Source: Candidatus Pacebacteria bacterium CG10_big_fil_rev_8_21_14_0_10_44_54 | Lineage (GTDB): Bacteria; Patescibacteriota; Microgenomatia; UBA1400; PJMF01 | Reading direction: 5' to 3' | Length of the DNA stretch: 63,239 nucleotides | NCBI GenBank assembly: GCA_002772695.1 | Contig: PFDI01000004.1 | Span: forward strand, 326 to 63,564 | In this document: positions 18,194 through 26,676 of the stretch, piece after piece | Layout: each line of letters begins with the position of its first letter | Numbering within the stretch: position 1 is the first letter of the stretch | Translations under genes and position numbers: made by a program | Notes under the pieces: model-generated | What the model was told of the DNA's origin: nothing | Database searches by the model: none | The model's input: only the letters and a program-made list of their open reading frames with translations

Positions 18194-19446
18194 GCGCTCG
18201 CTTGTCGTTCGATCTCTAGCAAGCGATTATATTTGGCAACTCGCTCGCCGCGTGTTGGCCCTACTTTGATGTAGGCAGCACCAACTGCTACAGCCACATC
18301 GACCATACTGGTGTCGTTGCTTTCTCCTCCGCCACGATGCGACGGCACGATCATGAGTTTGTGTTTTTGGGCAAGTTGACAGCATTGAATAGTTTCAGTT
18401 AAGGAACCGATTTGGTTCAGTTTCACCAACACTCCAGATACAGCTTTGAGGTCAATTGCTTTTTGTAGTCGTTTGACGCTGGTGACGGTGAGATCATCAC
18501 CGATTAGTGGCACGTTGTGCTCGGCGCAAAGAGCTTGCATAATTGGCCAGTGGTCCCAGTCATCTTCGGCCAGCGGATCTTCGATACTGACAAAGGGATA
18601 TTTCTTGAGCCAATCTCGGTAGTAATCGATCATTTGTTTGGCATCAAAGTTGGTTTTCTCAAGTTTGAGATGATACATATTGTCTTGGTAGTACTCGCTT
18701 GCAGCTGGATCGATCGAAATTCCCAGATCTTTGCCTGGTTCATAGCCAGCTTGTTCGATTGCATTAACCAAAAATTGTAGCGGCTGTTCATTTGAAGTTA
18801 TTCCTCCAGGTGCAAAGGCGCCCTCATTGCCGACATTGGTAGATAAACCATTTTTTTGTAAAATCTTTTTTACTAGATGGTAGGCCTCAAGTGTCGCACG
18901 CACGTGTTCTCGGATTGGTTTGCTGCCTATAGCAGAAAGACAGAACTCTTGCAGATCAGTTGAGTTATCGGCATGTTTACCGCCTTCGACTGTCACCATC
19001 ATTGGTTTTGGCAGTGAGCGTACTGTTGGCAGCTTGAATTCTTCGAGAATGTAGAGGTAGAGCGGTTGTTTGCGACTCTGCGCTACTGCTTTGGCGTATG
19101 CGAGTGAAATGGCGAGGATTGTATTGCCACCCAGCTTTTTTTTATTTACCGTGCCGTCTATTCCAATCAAGGCGTTATCGAGCGCTGCTTGCGATACAAA
19201 GGATTGTTTGGTCAGTACTGGCGCCAGCACTTGATCAATGTGTGCGATCGCTGTCAGCATGCCATTACCGTTGTATCGATTACTATCACCGTCTACTAGT
19301 ACAGTTGCCTCGTACGAACCGGCCGAAGCACCATAGGGCACCGATGCTACCCCTGCACTACCATCAGAAAGTTCAAGGGTAACCTCGAGTGTCGGATAAC
19401 CGCCAGAGGCGATTATTTCATATGCGTTAAGAGAGGAAATATGCAT
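18190..19446 (-). CDS. eno: Enolase (divergent)
   Basis: GASAG, GGKHA, QEF, EDP, GDDL, KLNQIG, SHR, ERVAKYNRLL. Confidence 0.93.
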   Translation of the reverse strand: MHISSLNAYEIIASGGYPTLEVTLELSDGSAGVASVPYGASAGSYEATVLVDGDSNRYNGNGMLTAIAHIDQVLAPVLTKQSFVSQAALDNALIGIDGTVNKKKLGGNTILAISLAYAKAVAQSRKQPLYLYILEEFKLPTVRSLPKPMMVTVEGGKHADNSTDLQEFCLSAIGSKPIREHVRATLEAYHLVKKILQKNGLSTNVGNEGAFAPGGITSNEQPLQFLVNAIEQAGYEPGKDLGISIDPAASEYYQDNMYHLKLEKTNFDAKQMIDYYRDWLKKYPFVSIEDPLAEDDWDHWPIMQALCAEHNVPLIGDDLTVTSVKRLQKAIDLKAVSGVLVKLNQIGSLTETIQCCQLAQKHKLMIVPSHRGGGESNDTSMVDVAVAVGAAYIKVGPTRGERVAKYNRLLEIERQASA

Positions 19447-19450
19447 GCTA

Positions 19451-20443
19451 CTAGCATAGCAGTTTTTCTAGATGCTTCACCTCGTTTTTTGTCCCTACAA
19501 AAAATGGTATGCGCTGGTGCAACTCTCTTGGTTGGATCTCTAGCACGTCTAATCTACCATTGCTTGAATAGCCACCAGCTTGCTGTGTTAGGAATGCAAA
19601 GGGAATACCTTCATACAACAGCCGCAGCTTGCCGTTTGGATTTTTGTTATCCGCAGGATAGAGAAAAATACCACCCTTGAGTAAGTTGCGATGAAAGTCT
19701 GCAACAAGTGAGCCAATATATCTTGCTGAGAGGGGTTTGCCAGAATGGTTTTTACTAGTTTTATATTCACTCACTATGTGTTTAATGGCATCGTTCCACT
19801 TTGGCTCATAACTCTCATTGACACTATATATTGTTGTTATAGCAGGATAGTGAATGTTCTCATGTGAAAGTAAAAACTCACCAATCGATGGATCGAGCGT
19901 AAAGCCGTGCACCCCCTTGCCAGAAGAAAATACCAACATCGTGCTTGAGCCGTACACAATATAGCCAGCGCAAATGGCGTTTTTGCCAGCTTGTAGATAA
20001 TCTGATTTTTGCAGTTTGCCCGATTTTGATTTTCGTTTGAAAATGACAAAGTTGGTGCCGACGCTGACATTGACATCAATGTTGGACGAGCCATCAAGTG
20101 GATCTATGTGCACGATGTACTCGGCAGTATGATGAATTTTATCTGTAAAAACTACGATATTGTCTACCTCTTCGCTTCCTACCGCGGCAACGTGTGGTGA
20201 TTGCCGGAGTAGCTCGGTGAATGTTGTGTTAGCAAGTTCATCGAGCTTTTGTACCTCTTCTTTCTGAATGTTAATTTTGTCAGTTTTTCCGAGAATATCG
20301 ACCAACCCGGCCCTGTTTATTTCTCGTGAGACGATTTTTGTCGCAAGCACGATTTGAGAAATAATATTTCCTAGCTCAGTGCTTTTTTTGCTATGCGTGT
20401 GTTGCTCAAATAAAAAATTGGTGAGGTTGGTGATTTTTTTCAT
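19451..20443 (-). CDS. fbp: Class 1 fructose-1,6-bisphosphatase
   Basis: EVQKLD, DPLDGSSNIDVN, RYIGSLVADFHR, GKLRLLYE. Confidence 0.95.
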   Translation of the reverse strand: MKKITNLTNFLFEQHTHSKKSTELGNIISQIVLATKIVSREINRAGLVDILGKTDKINIQKEEVQKLDELANTTFTELLRQSPHVAAVGSEEVDNIVVFTDKIHHTAEYIVHIDPLDGSSNIDVNVSVGTNFVIFKRKSKSGKLQKSDYLQAGKNAICAGYIVYGSSTMLVFSSGKGVHGFTLDPSIGEFLLSHENIHYPAITTIYSVNESYEPKWNDAIKHIVSEYKTSKNHSGKPLSARYIGSLVADFHRNLLKGGIFLYPADNKNPNGKLRLLYEGIPFAFLTQQAGGYSSNGRLDVLEIQPRELHQRIPFFVGTKNEVKHLEKLLC

Positions 20444-20449
20444 ACACGT

Positions 20450-21502
20450 CTAGGCAATAGTAATCTTTGGTTCCAAGTACACATCTTGAATCGAGTTAAG
20501 GAGCTCAATGCCATCTTTTATCGGCTTCATGAATGCTTTTCTACCAGAGATGAGCCCCATGCCCCCCGCTCGTTTATTAATAACCGCAGTCATAACCGCC
20601 TGTTGCAGGTCATTGTCTCCGCTACTGCCACCCGAGTTGATGAGGCCAACTCTACCCATGAAGGTATTTGCAACTTGGTAACGATTCAAGTCAATTGGGT
20701 GCTCGCTGAGCAAATTGTCATACATTTTGTCGCTTTGTTTGGCAAATTTTAGATCGCGAAAGCCATAATTTGTAGTCGCTTGTTTTTGTTTGACAATATC
20801 TGCTTGAATAGTTGCTCCAAGGTAGTTGGCTTGTCCGGTGACATCAGCGGCAGTGTGGTAGTCGACATCTTTTGTTTTAAAATGTGAGTTGCGCGCATAA
20901 CACCACAGGACTGTAAACATGCCGAGATTGTGTGCCTGCTCAAATGCCTGACTTACTTCTTGAATTTGTCGCGAAGAGTGCTCGCTACCATAGTAGATAG
21001 TCGCGCCAATGCCGACCGCTCCCATCTCAAATGCTTGGTTTACACTGCCAAAAAATACCTGATCGTACTTTTGTGGGTAGCTCATCAGCTCGTTGTGGTT
21101 GAGTTTGACAATGAAAGGGATTTTGTGTGCAAATTTCCTTGATACAGAGCCAAGCGCGCCGAGCGAGGAAACAACCGCATTACAGCCACCCTCGAGCGCG
21201 AGTCTGACGATATGCTCAGGATCAAATAAATCTGGTCGGGGAGCAAACGAAACACCAGCGGTGTGTTCAATACCCTGGTCAACTGGTAAGATCGAGACGT
21301 AGCCGGTACCAGCCAACCTGCCATGACTGAAAAGTGCTTGGAGATTTCTTAGCACGGGAGGAGTGCGGTCGCTGTCAGTGAGCACTCTATCAATAAAGTC
21401 AGGACCCGGTTGATGCAGTAAGTTTTTACTTATTTTTGGATTTTTGAACTCGAGCAGGTCGGTGGCTTTTTCTGCCAAAATACTAGTTATTTTTTTATAC
21501 AT
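20450..21502 (-). CDS. fbaB: Class I fructose-bisphosphate aldolase (DhnA/FbaB)
   Basis: [42 protein letters not shown]. Confidence 0.95.
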   Translation of the reverse strand: MYKKITSILAEKATDLLEFKNPKISKNLLHQPGPDFIDRVLTDSDRTPPVLRNLQALFSHGRLAGTGYVSILPVDQGIEHTAGVSFAPRPDLFDPEHIVRLALEGGCNAVVSSLGALGSVSRKFAHKIPFIVKLNHNELMSYPQKYDQVFFGSVNQAFEMGAVGIGATIYYGSEHSSRQIQEVSQAFEQAHNLGMFTVLWCYARNSHFKTKDVDYHTAADVTGQANYLGATIQADIVKQKQATTNYGFRDLKFAKQSDKMYDNLLSEHPIDLNRYQVANTFMGRVGLINSGGSSGDNDLQQAVMTAVINKRAGGMGLISGRKAFMKPIKDGIELLNSIQDVYLEPKITIA

Positions 21503-21535
21503 AACCTCCTCCTAGAGTACTAATATTTATATAGA

Positions 21536-22348
21536 TTACTTCCATTTTGCTACCGCTTCTTCAAAGTCACTTTGGGCGGAAATATCGTGCCATATACCTT
21601 GAAAGACAAATGCACTCAATTGTTTTTGATCGATAAGCTTTGGGATTAAGTCATGATCGATATCCATTGGTGCGTTTGCCGTGATGTAGTCAAATACGAC
21701 TTTAGAAAAAATATACAAGCCAGTATTTACCAAGCCAAGCGCATCATTTGATTCTTTAGTGGAGTAATTTACTGCGGTGTTTCCTTGAATCATTACTTGT
21801 CCATATTTGTTTTCACCCATTCTTGGTTTAACTCCAATTGTGGCGGTGTTGCTTTCTATAAAGTGAAAATCAATAAAATTTTTGAAGTTCATGTCGGTGA
21901 GAATATCTCCGTACATGAGTAAGAAGGTCGACTCTTGAATCAGTTTTTTTGCTGCTAGCAGGGCGCCAGCACTTCCCATTGGTTTTGTCTCATAGACATA
22001 CTCTATGTTGACACCCCTGTCACTGCCATTGGAAAAAATATTCTCAATTTGTCGTGAGCTTGCTTCGACACAGAGTATGATTTTTTTGAATCCATACAGT
22101 TTGAGCTGATTGATCATTATGTTGAGAAGACTTTGCCCGTGTATTTTTTTGAGCGCGATATTTCTGGTCAAAACCTTTTTGCCTCCGGCCAAAATAACTG
22201 CTGTTTCTACTTTTTGCTCAAATCCTTGGGTGATCAAAAACTCGATTGCTTGTGAACGATTGCTAATATCTGAGTAGTCGATCACAGCGTCAACTTTTTC
22301 TAATATTTCTGGCGGAAGCGTGATGGTCAATTGTTGTTTTTTTCTCAT
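21536..22348 (-). CDS. Ribbon-helix-helix DNA-binding domain fused to a degenerate sugar-phosphate nucleotidyltransferase domain
   Basis: LTITLPPEILEKVD..NRSQAIEFLI (CopG/NikR type), then AVILAGG, ETKPMGSAGA, YGDIL; GxGTRLxPLT..PKP loop degenerate. Confidence 0.8.
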   Translation of the reverse strand: MRKKQQLTITLPPEILEKVDAVIDYSDISNRSQAIEFLITQGFEQKVETAVILAGGKKVLTRNIALKKIHGQSLLNIMINQLKLYGFKKIILCVEASSRQIENIFSNGSDRGVNIEYVYETKPMGSAGALLAAKKLIQESTFLLMYGDILTDMNFKNFIDFHFIESNTATIGVKPRMGENKYGQVMIQGNTAVNYSTKESNDALGLVNTGLYIFSKVVFDYITANAPMDIDHDLIPKLIDQKQLSAFVFQGIWHDISAQSDFEEAVAKWK

Positions 22349-23610
22349 GCGAGCAAGGGTTCAAGCCCTGGTAGTTTTTTGCCGGTCAAGAACTCAAGAG
22401 CTGCCCCGCCCGAAGCCGAAACGTTATCGAACCTGCCTTGGAGACTAAAGTGTTGCACAGCGTTGATTGTGTCGCCTCCACCAATGGTGGTAACAGCACT
22501 TGTTTTGGCCACAGCACTCGCTACAGCATGGGTGCCCTCGGCAAATCCGGTTTGCTCAAATACTCCCATGGGACCGTTCCAAAAAACAGTATGAGCTTGC
22601 AGAATAATGTCACGATATAGTCGTTGTGTTTTTGGTCCAATATCAAGAAACATTAAATCTTTACTCAGTCCCTCCTCTGTCTCGCTGGTAAGTGATACAA
22701 CTCGCTTGCTTTTTGGATTATTCATTGCAGTAGCAGCGATTACATCTGAAGGATAAATAATTTTTGGCAAAGGAATATAGCCGTTGAGCAGCATTTTTTC
22801 GATCTTGTTGGTATTCATGAGATCAAGTGCGACCTCAACAAAATTTGCTCCGTTGGTTGATTTTTCTGTCGGCGCACAGTCTTCTAGGTATGAATTGCAA
22901 ATATCGATACCTTGGGCCTTAATAAAGTTGTTTGCTACGCCCCCACCAACGAGTACTACGTCCGAAATTTTTGTCAAATTGCGTATGGCTTCTATTTTGC
23001 CAGATATTTTTGCCCCACCGACGATAGAGACAAACGGATGCTTTGGGTTTTGTAGTAGTTTTTGGAGCACATGGTATTCCTGTTCCATGGCAGGTCCTGC
23101 AAAAGCGGGTAGCAACTGTGCGACCCCTGCGACGCTCGCGTGTTTTCTATGAGTTGTAGAGAAACTTTCATTGACAAAAATATCTGCGAAACTTGCAAGT
23201 TCTTGCGCGAGCGAGTTGTCGTTTTTTGATTCTCTAGGATCAAATCGAGTGTTTTCTAGAATCAACACTTCTCTTTTTTGCAGTCGTGAGACAGCTTGTT
23301 TGGCCATTTCACCAGTCAGGGCTTTGCATGATATCACCGCTTGCCCAAGAAGATGCTCGAGGTGCTCTGCCATGGGTTTGAGTCGTAAATTTTCGTCAAC
23401 TTTTCCTTTTGGCCTGCCTGCATGCGAAACTATGATTACTTTGCAGTTGTTTTTGAGCAACATCTGGATTGTTGGCACCGTGATTTGAATACGCGTATCC
23501 TCTGCAACAACAATTTTTTCTCCAATTTTTTTGAGTGGAACATTGTAATCGACCTTAAGCAAAACTGTTTTGTTTCTGACTTGTTCGGGGGTAATTACTT
23601 TGAGTGTCAT
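22345..23610 (-). CDS. pgk: Phosphoglycerate kinase
   Basis: VDYNVP, SHAGRP, LENTRF, GGAKISGK, WNGPMG, GGGDT, SGGAALE. Confidence 0.96.
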   Translation of the reverse strand: MTLKVITPEQVRNKTVLLKVDYNVPLKKIGEKIVVAEDTRIQITVPTIQMLLKNNCKVIIVSHAGRPKGKVDENLRLKPMAEHLEHLLGQAVISCKALTGEMAKQAVSRLQKREVLILENTRFDPRESKNDNSLAQELASFADIFVNESFSTTHRKHASVAGVAQLLPAFAGPAMEQEYHVLQKLLQNPKHPFVSIVGGAKISGKIEAIRNLTKISDVVLVGGGVANNFIKAQGIDICNSYLEDCAPTEKSTNGANFVEVALDLMNTNKIEKMLLNGYIPLPKIIYPSDVIAATAMNNPKSKRVVSLTSETEEGLSKDLMFLDIGPKTQRLYRDIILQAHTVFWNGPMGVFEQTGFAEGTHAVASAVAKTSAVTTIGGGDTINAVQHFSLQGRFDNVSASGGAALEFLTGKKLPGLEPLLA

Positions 23611-23673
23611 ATAGTGTCATACAATATATAGCATAGATGTGTATTTGTGCAACTTGGTTATTGGTAATGCAAG

Positions 23674-23695
23674 GATTGTTCGAGCTCAAACAATC
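23674..23695. promoter_or_regulatory. 22-bp palindrome in the pgk/VIT1 divergent promoter region (candidate operator)
   Basis: GATTGTT-C-GAGCTC-A-AACAATC, one mismatched pair. Confidence 0.45.
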
Positions 23696-23716
23696 TGCCA
23701 CACTATATTGCATACA

Positions 23717-24244
23717 ATGTCACATTCTTTTGATCCAAAACTTTTGAAAGCAGCAGTATATGGGGCCAACGATGGTATCGTCACCACCTTCGCGGTTGTT
23801 GCAGGAGTAGCTGGCGCTCAATTGTCTTCCAATATTGTGATTATTCTCGGTATAGCCAACATGATTGCTGACGGCATGGCAATGGGGCTAGGTGACTTTC
23901 TCGGTGAACAGTCAGAACAACACATGCGACAAAAACAAACAGGGCGCTCTACCACTTCAGGTTTGTGGAAATCAGGTTTAGTGACGTTTGTTTCATTTGT
24001 GCTTGCTGGCTCTATGCCACTGGCTCCTTATTTTTTGGCAGCAATTGGTGTGAAAGTGCCGAGCGAGTCTGTGTTTGATTTTTCTATACTATCGACTATG
24101 GGCGCGCTTTTTTTTGTCGGTTCGATTAGGACGAAGTTTTCTGATATCAATTGGTTTGTAGGAGGACTGCAGATGCTGGGTATTGGCGCCATTGCTGCAT
24201 CAGCAGCTTATTTCTTTGGGGCTTGGTTGGAGCCGATGTTATAA
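23717..24244 (+). CDS. VIT1/CCC1 family Fe/Mn transporter; start reassigned to ATG 23717
   Basis: YGANDGIVTTFAVVAGV, GIANMIADGMAMGLGDFL, GSMPLAP. Confidence 0.9.
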   Translation: MSHSFDPKLLKAAVYGANDGIVTTFAVVAGVAGAQLSSNIVIILGIANMIADGMAMGLGDFLGEQSEQHMRQKQTGRSTTSGLWKSGLVTFVSFVLAGSMPLAPYFLAAIGVKVPSESVFDFSILSTMGALFFVGSIRTKFSDINWFVGGLQMLGIGAIAASAAYFFGAWLEPML

Positions 24245-24256
24245 ATTCAGATTTAT

Positions 24257-24342
24257 TGGGTAGAGTACGGGAGGCTGTTAGAAATTTACTAAATCAAAAA
24301 AATGATATTCAAATTAGTTCGAAATTATTTTTTTCCACTTAG
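24257..24342 (+). other. Junction J1: att arm encoding an orphan LSR C-terminal tail
   Basis: TGGGT AGA GTA CGG GAG GCT GTT AGA = GRVREAVRNLL...; lies 13 bp after the VIT1 stop. Confidence 0.7.
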
Positions 24343-24600
24343 GATTTGAGCTAGAACAAATGATGCCAGCATAACTCCAACCAGTGATAGTAATAATCCG
24401 CCATGAATCATCCATCCCACTTCACCAAGAGAATCAAACTGAGACTTAGAAAAAAAGATGATCATTTCAAAGGCCACTGCACAGAATCCAAAGAGCCTTA
24501 GATAGAGTGCCTGTTTATTGTTTTTCATATGTACTCATTATTGCTTTGATTCATAATAGAATAAAGCATCAAAATATGTTTATATATCAATATAATGGGT
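24258..24600. mobile_element. Mini-cassette 1 (339 bp core to core), one gene, no recombinase
   Basis: Bounded by GGGT cores of J1 and J2; its right end IKICLYINIMG resembles the LSR end FKLYLSENPTMG. Confidence 0.55.
24325..24528 (-). CDS. Small two-TM membrane protein (cargo of cassette 1)
   Basis: 67 aa with two hydrophobic segments; convergent with the J1 tail. Confidence 0.6.
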   Translation of the reverse strand: MKNNKQALYLRLFGFCAVAFEMIIFFSKSQFDSLGEVGWMIHGGLLLSLVGVMLASFVLAQILSGKK

Positions 24601-24651
24601 AGAGTTCGAGACGCCATTCGCACCATGTTCCAATACTACCAAAAATTATAG
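24596..24651 (+). other. Junction J2: att arm encoding an orphan LSR C-terminal tail
   Basis: ATG GGT AGA GTT CGA GAC GCC ATT CGC = MGRVRDAIRTMFQYYQKL*. Confidence 0.7.
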
Positions 24652-25215
24652 TGTCACTCCAACTCCAGGTTTAAGTTCCCCTCCATTAAGTACCTTGCAC
24701 AAAATACCTCGCCTCGAATAAACACCGTTTTCAGTTTTTACTGCAAGAGCTTTAATCAATCCCAAACCGTTATGATCTTCCAATTTCTTACATGGATAAG
24801 CATGGTCTACTACTTCCAGCATAATTCCATTATCAAAAGTTACAACGGAACCCACTTCTACATCTCCTAAATCACTCAAGCCTTCAACTACCATCTGCTC
24901 GTTAAAGTCACCGTGTTGCATATCTAATCCAAGATTCTTATTCACCCAGATTCTAATTTCTTCAGCCACAATACTGATAGGTCGATCATTAGGTTTCAAT
25001 GTGCCTGGTTTTGTAAAACTCTCACGAAGCTCTCCAGAATGAGCATCACCTTCAATTCCTAACATTCCAATGACTATAAAATCCTGTGGGTAAGTGGGGA
25101 ATCCATGTTCTGGACTCATACATACTGCAACAACTTTTCCTGACTTTGACTCAACTGACATAGACTCCTTCTACTTATACTCAATTCCGGTTCGAGTAAA
25201 GTCTTGTAATGGGGT
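24597..25215. mobile_element. Mini-cassette 2 (615 bp core to core), one gene, no recombinase
   Basis: Bounded by J2 and J3; right end AAAGTCTTGTAATGG matches LSR-proximal AAAATCCTACAATGG at 11/15, all four mismatches transitions. Confidence 0.55.
24646..25161 (-). CDS. MOSC-domain protein (YiiM-like)
   Basis: GKVVAVCMS, GIEGDAH, DRPISI, GDFNEQMVVEG, YPCKKL, RRGILCKVLNGG. Confidence 0.8.
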   Translation of the reverse strand: MSVESKSGKVVAVCMSPEHGFPTYPQDFIVIGMLGIEGDAHSGELRESFTKPGTLKPNDRPISIVAEEIRIWVNKNLGLDMQHGDFNEQMVVEGLSDLGDVEVGSVVTFDNGIMLEVVDHAYPCKKLEDHNGLGLIKALAVKTENGVYSRRGILCKVLNGGELKPGVGVTL

Positions 25216-25305
25216 AGAGTACGGGAGCTTGTTAGGAAATTATACCAGTGCTACTTACTTGGTGAAAGTCAGTCAAATACTTCGAATGTTGCTTGCCTAG
25301 GTTGA
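25210..25305 (+). other. Junction J3 (attL of the 13.8-kb element) encoding the probable native LSR C-terminus
   Basis: GGT AGA GTA CGG GAG CTT GTT AGG = GRVRELVRKLYQCY...LG*; joins the LSR in frame via the GGGT core. Confidence 0.75.
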
Positions 25306-25398
25306 GAATACATCATTTTGATCGTGCTACCAGCATGCCTGTATTCAGTAAATTAGGATAAATCTATCAAAAAATGATAAAATCTGATAAATAAGAAT

Positions 25399-25875
25399 AT
25401 GAACAAATACAAATGGCTGGTCGTCTTTCTACTTTTATTAACCTTAGTCGGCATCCTATTTTTTCAAAAAAATAAGACCTCTGTGTTGATGGAGAACTCA
25501 TTGGATGATTCAGAGACTGAAATAACTGATGAGGCTTGGTGTGATAATGCAAACGAAGCTCAGACTTTTGAAAAACCAATCCCTGTTGTATGGACAGCAC
25601 GCTTTGATGGCTGTCTGGTCAGTTGTCAAGGAGCGTCATTTACAAAAGCCATGGATGATGGAAAATACCCTCGTTTTGCAGGCTATTACCCCGATACGAA
25701 AGGGGGTTATGACCCAGATGAGTTTAACCCAATACCTGAAAAGTATCAAAACAATGAACTGGTCTTAAAAATATCAGGGAATTGGATAGGTATTCAAGAT
25801 GATCATCCGCAAACTGTTTTTGATGGAAAATGCGTCCCTATAGTTGAGATAAAGCAAATAGAAATCTCAAACTAA
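25399..25875 (+). CDS. Membrane-anchored/secreted hypothetical protein
   Basis: N-terminal hydrophobic anchor, four Cys in the soluble part. Confidence 0.7.
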   Translation: MNKYKWLVVFLLLLTLVGILFFQKNKTSVLMENSLDDSETEITDEAWCDNANEAQTFEKPIPVVWTARFDGCLVSCQGASFTKAMDDGKYPRFAGYYPDTKGGYDPDEFNPIPEKYQNNELVLKISGNWIGIQDDHPQTVFDGKCVPIVEIKQIEISN

Positions 25876-25888
25876 TTATTTCAGCAAT

Positions 25889-26149
25889 TCAAAAAATCTG
25901 CAAATCCTCACCCATTGCAAATGTTCCTATCATAACGCTATCTTCAAAGGTTGAATCATCTTCTGCTTGATAACCACCAGCTTCAATAATCTCAGCTATT
26001 AAATCAGCTTCGGTAAGATCGGGCTGGTCTGCATTCTTTTCTAAATAGGCTGAAAAAAATACTTCAAAATCAACACCTGTAGTAGCCTCAACGGCTTCTT
26101 TGACAGCGACCATTAGCTCAGCTCCAGGCTCTTTGTCTTCGTTTGGCAT
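25889..26149 (-). CDS. Very acidic 86-aa protein (candidate DNA mimic); start reassigned to ATG 26149
   Basis: GGAGG RBS, ATG 1 nt after the upstream TAG; 22 D/E versus 3 K and 0 R. Confidence 0.7.
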   Translation of the reverse strand: MPNEDKEPGAELMVAVKEAVEATTGVDFEVFFSAYLEKNADQPDLTEADLIAEIIEAGGYQAEDDSTFEDSVMIGTFAMGEDLQIF

Positions 26150-26150
26150 A

Positions 26151-26675
26151 CTATGCACCTCCCTCGTTATTTTTTTCAGCATCATCACTTTTAGTTGAAG
26201 CAAACTGTGTAATCGTTTGTTCGCTTTGATAAAGTTTGCCAGCAATCCACCCCAACGCCTGAATCAAAAGAAACAGCACTTCTGCAAAAAAGTTCCGCAG
26301 GTAATACATACCCGTTTTCTCTCTGTAGTGAACTTCCGCTTCTTTATTTACTGGCATTACTGGTTTATCCACTTCTGTCCTTCTGGGTAGATTGATGCCG
26401 ATTCTGTGAGTCCCAGGAATGGGGGCTACAAGCTCAATTTTGCCAGTTGGTGAGGCGAGAAATAAGGCGATGTCTCTTGAAAGATTTTCAAAGTTTGAGA
26501 TTGGTTCACCCATGGCAATTTCTAGCTGAAATTCCAAGTGTTTTTCATGGAAATTGATCTCCATGACTCGAACTTTGATCCCGTGTGCAGCAAAGTTATG
26601 TTCTAACGAAGAAGCAAGCATCGGCACATTTTCAACTGGTTTGATAATTTTAGATTTTGAGGTTGATTTTTGCAT
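26151..26675 (-). CDS. Stand-alone FtsK alpha-domain protein with a C-terminal TM helix; start at ATG 26675
   Basis: LEHNFAAHGIKVRV..NLSRDIALFLA..VAPIPGTHRIGINLP matches the FtsK alpha pattern; no Walker A motif. Confidence 0.7.
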   Translation of the reverse strand: MQKSTSKSKIIKPVENVPMLASSLEHNFAAHGIKVRVMEINFHEKHLEFQLEIAMGEPISNFENLSRDIALFLASPTGKIELVAPIPGTHRIGINLPRRTEVDKPVMPVNKEAEVHYREKTGMYYLRNFFAEVLFLLIQALGWIAGKLYQSEQTITQFASTKSDDAEKNNEGGA

Positions 26676-26676
26676 A

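Noticed and set aside
24151-24342. 63-aa ORF overlapping VIT1
   Set aside because: The 5' part is an out-of-frame overlap with VIT1; only the 3' part (J1 tail) is meaningful.
24257-25227. CRISPR or classical integron attC reading of the repeated junctions
   Set aside because: Spacing is 339 and 615 bp, the repeats are short, diverged and codon-patterned, there are no attC-type inverted boxes, and no cas or intI gene was recognised.
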